Positions 12,710-24,580 of a DNA stretch of 64,000 nucleotides are shown piece after piece. This stretch comes from Octopus vulgaris (Eukaryota). The notes beneath the pieces are model-generated. The model did no database searches and was not told where the DNA came from. It saw nothing but the letters and a program-made list of their open reading frames with translations. Location of the stretch: positions 7,068,001 to 7,132,000 of the forward strand of contig OX597815.1 in NCBI GenBank assembly GCA_951406725.2, given 5' to 3'. The stretch's first letter is position 1. Each line of letters begins with the position of its first letter. The position numbers and the translations under genes were made by a program.

Positions 12710-13102
12710 AGGAGTGGCTGTGTGGTAAGTAGCTTGCTAACCAACCACATGGTTCTGGGTTCAGTCCCACTACGTGGCATCTTGAGCAAGTGTCTTCTGC
12801 TATAGCCTCGGACCGACCAATGCCTTGTGAGTGGATTTGGTAGACGGAAACTGAAAGAAGCTTGTCGTATATATGTATATATATATATGTGTGTTTGTGT
12901 GTCTGTGTTTGTCCCTCTAGCATTGCTTGACAACCGATGCTGGTGTGTTTACGTCCCCGTCACTTAGCGGTTCGGCAAAAGAGACCGATAGAATAAGTAC
13001 TGGGCTTACAAAGTATAAGTCCCGGGGTCGATTTGCTCGACTAAAGGCAGTGCTCCAGCATGGCCGCAGTCAAATGACTAAAACTAGTAATAGAGTAAAG
13101 AG
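12710..13102 (+). mobile_element. tRNA-derived SINE with an internal (TA/TG)n and an AGAGTAAA tail (representative)
   Basis: GGAGTGGCTGTGTGGTAAG...GGTTCAGTCCC...CTTGAGCAAGT; also at about 14825-15100 (-), 15505-15915 (+), 27600-27985 (-), 28477-28875 (+), 46845-47253 (-), 53965-54330 (+), 58430-59010 (+), 61385-62010 (-). Confidence 0.78.
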
Positions 13103-13199
13103 TACATTACATGAGATATACTGCATAATGCATTAAATAGCATACATTACACAGCATGCATCAGAAGATGGAGCAAATTACGCAACATTCATTATAATA

Positions 13200-13470
13200 A
13201 TAATAATAATAGTAATAATAATAATAATAATGAAATTATTGTATACAGTGCTCAGGTGCACCACAACTTGTCAAAAAGTGCGTATAAAGCATATGCAGTA
13301 ATGTACAAATGTCTGGGAAGTGAACAGTGTATGAGTCAGATACATGCTTGCGTGTGTATGGAGGGAGAGAAAATCAGGTGTAGTGTTGGCGAATCTCAGG
13401 AAGCATGGAAGTTTTGAAGGATGCAGTGCTCCGACAACTAACAACTGATGCCGGCAGTTTGTTCCATATG
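13200..13470 (-). mobile_element. CR1-type LINE 3' end
   Basis: Reverse complement of the same tail, with (AAT)n. Confidence 0.75.
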
Positions 13471-13754
13471 ATTAGATCATGTACACATCCTGTCAGTAAT
13501 ACCACAACACATTGTGAAATACAAACTTCACAATAAAGCACTTTGCAACAGACATTACATACATTACATGCTGCAGCTTGGGCAAATCTCTTCTACGATA
13601 TTCCAGGACCGACCTAAGCCTTGTGAGTGGGTTTGATAAACAAGCTAAAAGAATCCTGTCATACATAATGATATGTATGACAGGATAATATTATGTTTGA
13701 CAGTGAGAGGAGTCCCTGTCATACAAGAGGTGTCATTTATTTCTAATCTTCTAT

Positions 13755-14040
13755 CATCATCATCATCATCATCGTTTAACATCCGTTTTCCATGCTAGCA
13801 CGAGTTGGATGGTTCGACCGGGGTCTGGGAAGCCAGGAGGCTGCTCCAGTCTGATCTGGCAGTGTTTCTACAGCTGGATGCCCTTCCTAATGCCAACCAC
13901 TCCGTGAGTGTAGTGGGTGCTTTTTACGTGTCACCGGCACAGGTGCCAAACGAGGCTGGCATTGGCCACAATCGGTTGGTGCTTTTTACGTGCCACTGGC
14001 ACGGCAGCCAGTCAAGGTGGCACTGGCATCAGCCACATAC
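13755..14040 (-). mobile_element. RTE 3'UTR fragment
   Basis: Same family. Confidence 0.7.
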
Positions 14041-14364
14041 GAATGAGGGGAGAAATATTACTTTGCTTGGAAACAGGTGAACAGGAAGAACATCCAATTG
14101 TAGAGAAATCAACCGCAATGGATGCTGCCCAACCTATGCAGGCATCATGGGAAAAATGGACATTAAGCAGGATGATGATGAGAATGACCAATAAGTCATT
14201 CACAACACACGTTGCACAAAGATGTTTTCCACAGCAAATATTACGCAGCAAACATTGCAAAGCATCAAAATATGCATTTCATGCATCTGTTATACAAATG
14301 TGTGTGCGTATGCATATATATGTGTGTGTGTATATGTATGTATATATGTGTGTGTGTGTATATA

Positions 14365-14595
14365 AGGCAGCGAGCTGGCAGAATCGTTAGCGCGCCGGGC
14401 GAAATGCTTAGCGGTATTTCGTCTGCCGTTACGTTCTGAGTTCAAATTCCGCGGAGGTCAACTTTGTCTTTCATCCTTTCGGGGTTGATAAATTAAGTAC
14501 CAGTTACGCACTGGGGTCGATGTAATCGACTTAATCCGTTTGTCTGTCCTTGTTTGTCCTCTCCGTGTTTAGCCCCTTGTGGGTAATAAAGAAAT
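14365..14595 (+). mobile_element. SINE with a Nin/Deu-like central domain (representative of more than 10 copies)
   Basis: GGCGAGCTGGCAGAATCGTTAG...GAGTTCAAATTCC (B box)...TTTCATCCTTTCGGGGT(C/T)GATAAATTAAGTACCAG; also at about 36660-36873 (-), 37313-37542 (+), 40330-40745 (-), 46357-46580 (-), 57205-57620 (+), 57930-58161 (-). Confidence 0.75.
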
Positions 14596-15320
14596 ATATA
14601 CGTGTGTGTGTGTGCATGTGTGAATATCTATATATTTATATAAACACACACTTATATATAATCATTGTTTTAACATAGACTTTTCTCTGCTTGCATGGGT
14701 CATAGGAGACTGTTGAGGTGGGTTCTCTATGGCCGTATGCCGTTCTTGTTGCCAACGCTCACCCGTTTCCAAGCAAGTAATAATTACCCCAGTCTTTCAA
14801 ACAACAAACAGGCCAACCATGCCCTTACTCTCTCTTTTACTTGTTTCAGTCTTTTGCCGAACCGCTAAGTAACGGGGACATAAACACACCAGCATCGGTT
14901 GTCAAGCAATGCTAAGGGGACAAACACAGACACACAAACACACACACACATATATATATATACATATATACGACGGACTTCCTTCAGTTTCCGTCTACCA
15001 AATCCACTCACAAGGCTTTGGTCGGCCCGAGGCTATAGTAGAAGATACTTGCCCAAGGTGCCACACAGTAGGACTGAACCCGGAACCATGTGGTTGGTAG
15101 CAAATAAATGATGGCTTTTACATGAACCAGGACACTTGGTTTATGACCAATGTGCAACAAAGGAAATACGAACACACACACAGACACACATGCATGCATG
15201 TACATGCACACATACACACGTGACAGGTTTTTTCAAGTTTTTACAAGTTGTGACCACGTGTGTATCGTTGGCGATTTTTGTTCCTCCGTCTTCCCTTCCT
15301 TGGATCTTTCCTTTTCCCCT

Positions 15321-15355
15321 GTTTCTGACGAAGAGCTCCGCTCGAAACGTTAAGT
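15321..15355 (+). ncRNA. Minimal hammerhead-like motif
   Basis: CTGACGA-a-gagc-tcc-gctc-GAAAC-GTT; stem I weak. Confidence 0.55.
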
Positions 15356-15970
15356 CCTCCTTCTTTCTTTCCTTTCCTGAGCGTCCAATAACACTATACT
15401 TGTTCCACGTCCTCGCGTTGTTGTGTTTTCTCTTTGTGTTTTCATGTTTGGATTAACTGTGTGTGTCTGCGTGTACGTATGTATGTATGTATGTATGTAT
15501 ATAGGCGCAGGAGTAGCTTGCTTACGAACCACATGGTCCCGGGTTCAGTCCCACTGCGTGGCATCTTGGGCAAGTGTCTTCTACTATAGCCTTGGGCTGA
15601 CCAAAGCCTTGTGAGTGGATTTGGTAGATGGAAACTGAAAGAAGCCCATTGTATATATGTATATATATATACATATATATATATGTATGTGTGTGTGTGT
15701 GTATATGTTTGTGTGTTTGTGTTTGTCCCCTCAACATTGCTTGACAACCGATGCTGGTGTGTTTACGGCCCCGTAACTTAGCAGTTCGGCAAAAGAGCCC
15801 GGTAGAATAAGTACTGGGCTTACAAAGTCCCGGGGTCAATTTGCTCGACTAAAGGCACTGCTCCAGCATTGCCACAGTCAAATGACTGAAGCAAGTAAAA
15901 GAGTAAAAAAAAGAGTAATACATATAATTTTCTTTGTGTTTTTTATAACAGATGTGTGTGTGTGTGTGTG

Positions 15971-16021
<51 letters not shown>

Positions 16022-16416
16022 ATATAATAATAATAATAATATTAGGGAGTAAATCCAAACTTACAGAGAAAAATTAGATTTAAGATTAAATCCAATTTTA
16101 TAGTATAAATATATATATATATTATATTAAATTAGAGATAAAACGACTATCAAGCAAATCAAACCGTGAAAATCATAAACCGAAACATAGAAATAAATAT
16201 ATGTAAATATAATATGTGACAATTATTCAGTAGCCAAGATAAAACTCTGAGTTGGGGCTGCCGAGGTGGAAATCCACACCACCATCTCTTCGGTTATCTT
16301 GGCTACCGAATAATTCTCACATACTATATTTACAGATAAATTTCCTCTATTTACATAATATTGAGGTCTCTTTCATTCTTTTGTTATCTTACCGTTTTTA
16401 CCAATATATATATATA

Positions 16417-16750
16417 TATATATAAATATAAGAGAGTTAACGATAAGTGGCTAACTCTAGTGCTACAGACCGCATGTGTATTTCATCGCTCGTGTGGGTC
16501 TGGTAAATTGTATAGAGGACAAATGCTGCTGATGAATTATAGACAAATATGTGAGTATGATTACATATTATGTTGATAAGGAAACAATTGTTCAGCATTG
16601 ATCTATCTTTTTGTTGTATTTCGCTTCCCTTATGTTGAAAGTACCGCTGTTTCTGCTGAGGAAAAAATCTTCGGTGGCTATACCAGAAAAAGGAGCTATT
16701 TCTAGCACTAGAGTTAGCCACTTATTGTTAACTCTCTTATATTTATATAT
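16417..16750. mobile_element. MITE with about 45-50-bp TIRs in TA context
   Basis: ATAAATATAAGAGAGTTAACGATAAGTGGCTAACTCTAGTGCTA ... TAGCACTAGAGTTAGCCACTTATTGTTAACTCTCTTATATTTAT. Confidence 0.7.
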
Positions 16751-16848
16751 AAATTTTTACTGTCTCCCTGGTTTCTATGTGCTAGGCCACTTGGTGTTAA
16801 ACTGACGGTATTATTAAATTAATATCTAATTTTTCACCCTCATTTATG

Positions 16849-16890
<42 letters not shown>

Positions 16891-17406
16891 CATGCACACA
16901 CGCATGCACTCAGACACACACACATCTGTTCGAAAAAAAAAATACAGAAAGAACATTATATTTTTTGAGTCAGGTAACCAAGGAATTAGACTTTCATTCA
17001 GATACTAACATGTCCTTTAATCCTTCTTAACCATTGAAGAAGAATAAAAGCATCGTACTGACGGGAGTGGGGTGGAGGGCGCTGATGGAGTGGGTGGGGA
17101 AAGATCACATAGACTTATCCATTAATTGAGTAAATTGTCAACACATTGCTAATCCATTTATATCTGTTAATCTATGTAATTTCGACGAGTGGAAGAGTCA
17201 TAAGTTTCTATGGGTATTGACTAAACATTCGATTATCTGTTAATCCTTGTTTTATTCTTAATCCGTGTTTTCCATAGAGGGGGGTGGGGGGTAGGCAATT
17301 GTGAATTTTTTTTTTATTTCAGTATTTTGTAACAATGTTGAAATATTACTAATCTTTTTTCATTTATTAATCTATTAATCTTGTGTCATCTGTGTATGTG
17401 TGTGTG

Positions 17407-17494
<88 letters not shown>

Positions 17495-17538
17495 ACACAC
17501 ATATATATACATATATATATATATACATATATATATAC

Positions 17539-17599
<61 letters not shown>

Positions 17600-18496
17600 C
17601 AAACAAGGGGCTGCTGAAAAGTTCCCAGCTTTAAGGGTATTGCGAAAAGCCTGGTTAGAGGCCCCCAACCTTCCAGCTTCTTTTACAGGACTTTATAAAA
17701 ACTGAAGGACTGTTCCAATAAGTGTGTGAATTTGAGAGGGGTACATGTTCAATAAAGTCATAATTAACTGATCCTCTTCTATTTTCTTTAACCCAAAACC
17801 AAGAATTTTTCACCACCTGCCTCGTGTATGTATGTGTATGTGTGTGTATATATACACACATACATACACAGTAAGATGAAAATAAGCAATGTTCAAATCT
17901 TCAATTGTTTGTCCGTCACAAATTTTCACAGACTCTCTGAAACTGTAGCATTAAGATCATTCACGAATGATAAGGAGACTTAAAATTTCACCTTTGAACT
18001 GTGGCATGTTTGAATTTACCTGAGACAATCCTCTGCACCCGTTTTACTTCCTCTGATGCCAACGGATCTGAGACTCCCATTTTTGCTATCTTTCAACCCT
18101 TGGTATCAACTTACATAAGACTGCTTGCTACCATCTCAGCTGAAACTTCCCCTTGCTCCCAGTTTTCGCCGACCCACCTGAAGCTGTTTCGTATTTAAGC
18201 AAATTTAAATTATAATCTCTTTATCTGTAATCTCATTTTAACATTAGTAATATCCCAAGATCTCTCTCTCCAGGCAAAGGCTTTCGTCATGGTTTTGTGT
18301 CAGAAGTAATTCTGTTGTGTTGTGTTCCAAGCGTCATTCATTTAGACAATAAATAATTAGTAGCTAATTGACTAATTAATCTCTTTTAAATTCTTGATTA
18401 ATTTTTTTGGTAATAACAAAGAGTGTAATGTTGCCAGAAATAGTTATGAGAGGGTTAACAGTTTGAAAAGTGGAGTGGAAGATGGACTGGGAAGGT

Positions 18497-19270
18497 TGTC
18501 ATCATCTTCGTCATCACCATCATTATTATCATCGTCGTTGTCATCGTCATCATCATCATCATCATTGCCATCATCATCATCGTTGTCATCATCATCATCG
18601 TTGTCATCATCATCATCATCATCATCATCACAATCATCACCATCATCATCATCATTGCCATCATCATCGTCATCATCATCATCATCATCGTTGTCATCAC
18701 CATCATCATCATCATCATCATCGTTGTCATCATCTTCATCATCATCGTTGTCATTACCACCATCATCTTCATCATCATCATCATCATCATCATCGTTGTC
18801 ATCATCATCATCATCATCATCATCACAATCATCACCATCATCATCATCATTGCCATCATCATCGTCATCATCATCATCATCATCGTTGTCATCACCATCA
18901 TCATCATCATCATCATCGTTGTCATCATCTTCATCATCATCGTTGTCATTACCACCATCATCTTCATCATCATCATCATCATCATCATCGTTGTCATCAT
19001 CATCATCATCATCATCATCACAATCATCACCATCATCATCATCATTGCCATCATCATCGTCATCATCATCATCATCATCGTTGTCATCACCATCATCATC
19101 ATCATCATCATCGTTGTCATCATCTTCATCATCATCGTTGTCATTACCACCATCATCTTCATCATCATCATCATCATCATCATCATCGTTGTCATCATCA
19201 TCATCATTGCCATCATCATCATTGCCATCATCATCATCGTTGTCATCATCATCATCATCTTCATCATCGT
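18497..19270. repeat. Degenerate (CAT)n array with a 195-bp higher-order repeat
   Basis: Landmark CAATCATCAC recurs at 18631, 18826 and 19021. Confidence 0.9.
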
Positions 19271-19529
19271 TTTAATGTTTATTTTTCTCTGCTTGCATGG
19301 ATCAGATGGAATTACTTGTGGTAAATTTCCTACGGCCCGATTCCCTTCCTGTTGCCAAACCTGATCTGTTTCCCACCAAGGAAACATTTCCCCAGGACTA
19401 GACATATTTTCATGGAAGGCTGGATATGAATGACATCTCCCCCCCACACACACACACATTTGGACAGCAATGCTCATTTACAACTCTTGACTAATGTCCA
19501 ACCAACGAAATAAGCACACATAAATAAGT

Positions 19530-20125
19530 AATAATGAAATTATTGTATACAGTGCTCAGGTGCACCACAACTTGTCAGAAAGTGCATATAAAGCATATAT
19601 ATATGCAGTAATGTAGAAATGTCTGGGAAGTGAACAGTGTATGAGTCAGATACATGCTTGCATTTGTATAGAGGGGAGGAGAAAATCAGGTGTAGTGTTG
19701 GCGAATCTCAGGAAGCATGGAAGTTTTGAAGGATGCAGTGCTCCGACAACTAACAACTGATGCCGGCAGTTTGTTCCATGCTTCAGCAACTTTTAGCGTG
19801 AAAAAATGTTTCTGAAAGTCATGGAAGGAGCTGTGCTGTTTTCTGACTTTGTAAACATGTCCACGGGTGTTAGACGGGTGGAGTTTGAAAAGGTGCTCAG
19901 AGTTATTGTTTGTGAGATGGTTGATAATTTTATGGGTGTCTGCCAAGTCAGCTGTGGAATATTGAACAATGCTTATTCAACATACACACGCAAGCATGTA
20001 TCTGACTCATACACTGTTCACTTCCCAGACATTTCTACATTACTGCATGTACTTTATATGCACTTTTGACAAGTTGTGGTGCACCTGAGCACTGTATACA
20101 ATAATTTCATTATTATTATTATTAT
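19530..20125. mobile_element. CR1-type 3' ends: minus copy (19530-19955) and plus copy (19980-20125)
   Basis: ORF 19686-19946 (-) plus an inverted 3'UTR copy. Confidence 0.75.
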
Positions 20126-20267
20126 ACTCAGATTATGAACATATTTAATGTTCCACTCAGGCACATCAATACCAATAACCTAGTGCTAGAACCCAATATA
20201 CGTATGCTTCAGAATAAAGCATTGGTTGGGACAGATTCATGAAAGAATTTGTGCAATGAAATTCATT

Positions 20268-20348
20268 AGCTTACGGCTGTTTCTGCTTCAAAATACAGTG
20301 TTCTCATAGCTGAGTGCATGTGTGTCACTTTAAAGCATCTTCAGAGCT
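20268..20348 (-). ncRNA. Type I minimal hammerhead ribozyme (Penelope type), core intact
   Basis: Minus strand reads agct-CTGAAGA-tgctttaaag...ttttgaagca-GAAA-cagcc-GTA-agct: 4-bp stem I, 10-bp stem II, short near-palindromic stem III. Confidence 0.7.
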
Positions 20349-20749
20349 TCCAAAACAAAGTGCTCATAATTTTTGAATCTATAAGATAGTCTCCCCCTGA
20401 GCTTTATCCCAGCCCGTTCATACTTTAGCAATTACAATCTCAGAGCATCTTCCTGCACTGCTAACTTGGTTGCCTTGGTAACAGAAGATGTCTACTACTT
20501 CTGAGGACCCACCCACACATTTGAGGAAGTCTGTTTTCTATACATTCTTAGCATTTATTGTACCTTCACATCTGCCACACACAAAGAGTACCTTCCCTAT
20601 TAACCTTCCCGTGATATTGCTGCACCTCTTGTACACTCATAGCCTGCCCTGGGTACACTGGGTGGAATTTCTACCGACACCTTTTCTCTATGCTGAACAG
20701 GGCCATCTCGCTGAAGGGATTAGTAATTGGTCTGGTTTTCCTACTTACT

Positions 20750-21136
20750 CATATGTATGTATTTTTGTATGCATGCATGCATGCATGTATGTTATGTGTG
20801 TATGACTTATGTATATATGTATGTATGCATACATGCATATATATGTATGTATGTATATATATGTATGCATGCATATATGTATGTATCTATGTGCACATGT
20901 ATGTATGCATACATGCATGTATATGTATGTATGTATATATATGTATGCATGCATATATGTATGTATCTATGTGCACATGTATGTATGCATACATGCATGT
21001 ATATGTATGTATGTATGTGTGGATGTATATATGCATGTATATATGCATGTATGTATGTATGCATGTATCTATACATGCATGTATATATATGTATGTATGT
21101 GTGGATGTATATATGCATATATGTATGTATATATGC

Positions 21137-21169
<33 letters not shown>

Positions 21170-21225
21170 TGCATGCATGCATGCATGTATGTATGTATGT
21201 ATGTATGTATGTATGTATGTATGTA

Positions 21226-21300
<75 letters not shown>

Positions 21301-21370
21301 ATGTATGTATGTATGTATGTATGTATGTATGTATGTATGTATGTATGTATGCATGTATGTATGTATGCAC
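20750..21370. repeat. Compound (TATG)n/(CATG)n/(TG)n microsatellite
   Basis: Seen directly. Confidence 0.9.
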
Positions 21371-21851
21371 AGGATTTAAGCTTATTTTCACAAGTGTGTC
21401 CCACCTTAGATTTGTTTCCTCATAACTTTCCGAAAAATGAATTTTTTTTTGTTTTTCCAATGACATTTTCCACAAATACTTTTCAGATGTCGTAGTTTAG
21501 GATTATTTTGGGATTTAATACGTAAAAAGAAAAGTTCCGTTTTGGGACAAACATCATACGACATATATATTAGTATGTAATGTGGGCACACACACCATTA
21601 TTATTCTTGTTTTTTTTTTAAACTAAATTCCTATATAATCGTAATCTACACCAACTGAAAGTCATTTATAACAATTTCTTTAAAAAAATATTCGTTTCCC
21701 TGAAAGTTATGCGGAAACAAAGACGAATGCTGGGGGCACGCTTTTGTAGAGAAGCCATGCTTTGTATCTGCCTTATAAAAGACATACCCAAAAGGGATCC
21801 TGGTTAACTGTAAGTATTTAAAAAAAGAGCATCGCCTTAGTAAAAACTTTC

Positions 21852-22138
21852 GGTACTACTAGCGAACAGTGGTCCCGGTGCGCGCACTCGCGTAGTCGTG
21901 CATCCGTGCTAGTTAGTCGTGACAAGTCGATCCTACAACGACTACCTAGCAAAGTAAATAAAACACAAAATAAATAATTTTTGTTAAACAAAGTAAATAA
22001 AACACAAAAACACAAAGTAAATAATTTTTTTAAACAAAATAAATAACACAGAGTAAGGATCGACTAGTCGTGACTAGCTAGCGCGGATACGCGACTGCAC
22101 GTGTGCGAGCACCGGGACCACTGTTCGCTAGTAGTACC
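21852..22138. mobile_element. CpG-rich MITE with about 80-bp TIRs, copy A
   Basis: GGTACTACTAGCGAACAGTGGTCCCGG...CCGGGACCACTGTTCGCTAGTAGTACC; 8-bp flanks aaactttc/aaattttc. Confidence 0.8.
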
Positions 22139-22224
22139 AAATTTTCTTAATTAGCCCCTAATCCGTACTCTACAAGGAACAATTAAAAATAAGATAAGAA
22201 TCTTCACTATCGCCGCTCAGTAAA

Positions 22225-22652
22225 ACAAGTCCGACGTCTGGCAGCTGACTTGGCAGACACCCATAAAATTATCGACCATCGCACAAACAATAACACTGAG
22301 CACCTTTTCAAACTCCACCTGTCTGACACCCGTGGACATATTTACAAAGTAAGAAAACAGCATAGCTCCCATGACTTCAGGAAACATTTTTTCACGCTGA
22401 GAGTTGCTGAAGCATGGAACAAACTACCGGCATCAGTTGTTAGTTGTCGGAGCACTGCATCCTTCAAAACTTCCATGCTTCCTGAGATTCGCCAACACTA
22501 CACCTGATTTTCTCCTCTCCATACACATGCAAGCATGTATCTGACTCATACACTGTTCATTTTCCAGACATTTGTACATTACTGCATATACTTTATACGC
22601 ACTTTTGACAAGTTGTGGTGCACCTGAGCACTATACAATAATTTCATTATTA
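22225..22652 (+). mobile_element. CR1-type LINE 3' end
   Basis: ORF 22250-22507, DTRGHIYKVRKQHSSHDFRKHFFTLRVAEAWNKLP. Confidence 0.8.
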
Positions 22653-22977
22653 TAAGTCAGACAAAGAAAACAAGATTTCTGCCAAACAGGAATGAAACTG
22701 CTTTGAAGGGAGATGGTCAAAGGGAGAGAACTCTTCTGTATGTTGCTTGACTACTCATGTCGTTTCTGGAAATGAATTTATTATTCGTTCGTCCTGAAGT
22801 ATAATTTATTCAAATTTCAAAAACGATACACAAAAGTTGTTGAGAAAGAATAAAGCTACTAAAACCCCTAAAACTCAACTTACTGAAAGGATTATAATAA
22901 ATGAATAAAAAATAATAATAACTGCCAACGTGATATTTGTATATAAATGTATATCGTGTTGGTGTGGTAAGAAGTTT

Positions 22978-23345
22978 GTGGAGGCGCAATGGCCCAGTGG
23001 TTAGGGCAGCGGACTCGCGGTCATAGGATCGCGGTTTCGATTCCCAGACTGGGCGTTGTGAGTGTTTATTGAGCGAAAACACCTAAAAAGCTCCACGAGG
23101 CTCCGGCAGGGGATGGTGGTGATCCCTGCTGTACTCTTTCACCACAACCTTCTCTCACTCTTACTTCCTGTCTCTGTTGTACCTGTATTTCAAAGGGCCG
23201 GCCTTGTCACTCTCTGTGTCACGCTGAATATCCCCGAGAACTACGTTAAGGGTACACGTGTCTGTGGAGTGCTCAGCCACTTAGACGTTAATTTCACGAG
23301 CAGGCTGTTCAACCGGAACCCTCGTCGTCGTAACCGACGGAGTGC
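22978..23345 (+). mobile_element. tRNA-derived SINE
   Basis: GGCGCAATGGCCCAGTGGTTAGG...GTTTCGATTCCC head; same head at 6340-6645 (-) and about 46070-46355/46585-46615 (-). Confidence 0.75.
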
Positions 23346-23850
23346 TTCCAAGGTAAGAAGTTTAATTCCCAACCGCGTGGTTCTGGGACACTCGGCAAGT
23401 GTCTTCTACCAGAGCCTCGGGTCAAACAAAACCTTGTGAGTGGATCTGGTAGACGGAGACTGAAAGAAGCTTTTTCGTGTGTGTGTTTGTCTTTTCTTTT
23501 CTCTTCTCCTGCTTCACGGCCGCGGTGCTGGTTCTTACATTCTCAGAACTTTGTGGTTTGGCGTAAGGAAACGATGGAATAAGTGCCAGACGAAAACGAT
23601 AGGCGCTGGGGTCGATTTGTCCGACTAAAACCCCTTTCAAGGCGAAGCCCCAGCATGGCCGCAGTAAAATTAATGAAATAAGTGAAAAGTTATATGTGTA
23701 TTATGGAATATAAAATGACATTATAAACGTGCACGTGTGCGCGAGTATGAATGTTTGTTCTACGGACTCTTTTTCTCTTGACATCATGGAGCTGTTGTAA
23801 GCGAGTGTCACCGTCATGCAATGGTTATCGGGAAATTTGCGGGAAACATA

Positions 23851-24124
23851 GGTACTACTTGAGAACAGTGGTCCCGGTGCGCGCACTCGCGTACTCGCGA
23901 ATCCGCGCTAGCTAGTCGTGACTAGTCGATCCTTACTTTGTGTTTTTGTATTTTATTTACTTTGTTTAACAAAAATTATTTACTTTGTGTAAGAAAATTT
24001 ATTTATTTTGTGTTTCATTTACTTTGTAAGGTAGTCGTTGTAGGATCGACTTGTCACGACTAGCTAGCGCGGATGCGCGACTACGTGTGCGCGCGGACCG
24101 GGACCACTGTTCTCAAGTAGTACC
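23851..24124. mobile_element. CpG-rich MITE, copy B (inverted relative to A)
   Basis: GGTACTACTTGAGAACAG...CTGTTCTCAAGTAGTACC; 8-bp flanks gaaacata/gaagcata. Confidence 0.8.
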
Positions 24125-24210
24125 GAAGCATATTTCCAAACGAAACAAAAAACGAAAAGAATTGAAAACTACGCTAAATGATGATGGAATTCCACACACA
24201 CACACGCACA

Positions 24211-24269
<59 letters not shown>

Positions 24270-24359
24270 ACACAAGCGATGGACATCCTGATGGTAGCAA
24301 ACGGTAGAGTAAATGGCAGTTGGCGGAGAAAAACTGTTATCGTAACAGTTTATAGTTAG

Positions 24360-24580
24360 GAGGGCCGGTTGAAAAGTTCATTAGCTGACCAAGATACTTT
24401 CATGGAATGTGACCAAATGAGGTTTATTTGTCAAACTTCAGGAGAATAGGGAGGCTGGTCAACCAGTTCAAAGCCAGCCACGCACAGCAGCCACTGAAAC
24501 CAAGAAGTTATCCGCTGGAGCATTGTCCTGATGAAACAAGACACCTCAAGTCAGTTTTCCCGAGTGTTTGGTCTTGATAA
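24360..24580 (-). mobile_element. Tc1/mariner transposase remnant
   Basis: Minus strand gives FHQDNAP; TIR-like GAGGGCCGGTTGAAAAGTTC; related termini at about 17606-17820. Confidence 0.5.

Noticed and set aside
18394-19477. Long poly-Ser, poly-His and poly-Met ORFs (possible His-rich or reflectin-like proteins)
   Set aside because: They are translations of a (CAT)n repeat, with no signal peptide, splice structure or family motifs
17367-21495. YI/HT/CV/MY-rich ORFs in the track
   Set aside because: Translations of (TA)n, (CA)n and (TATG)n microsatellites
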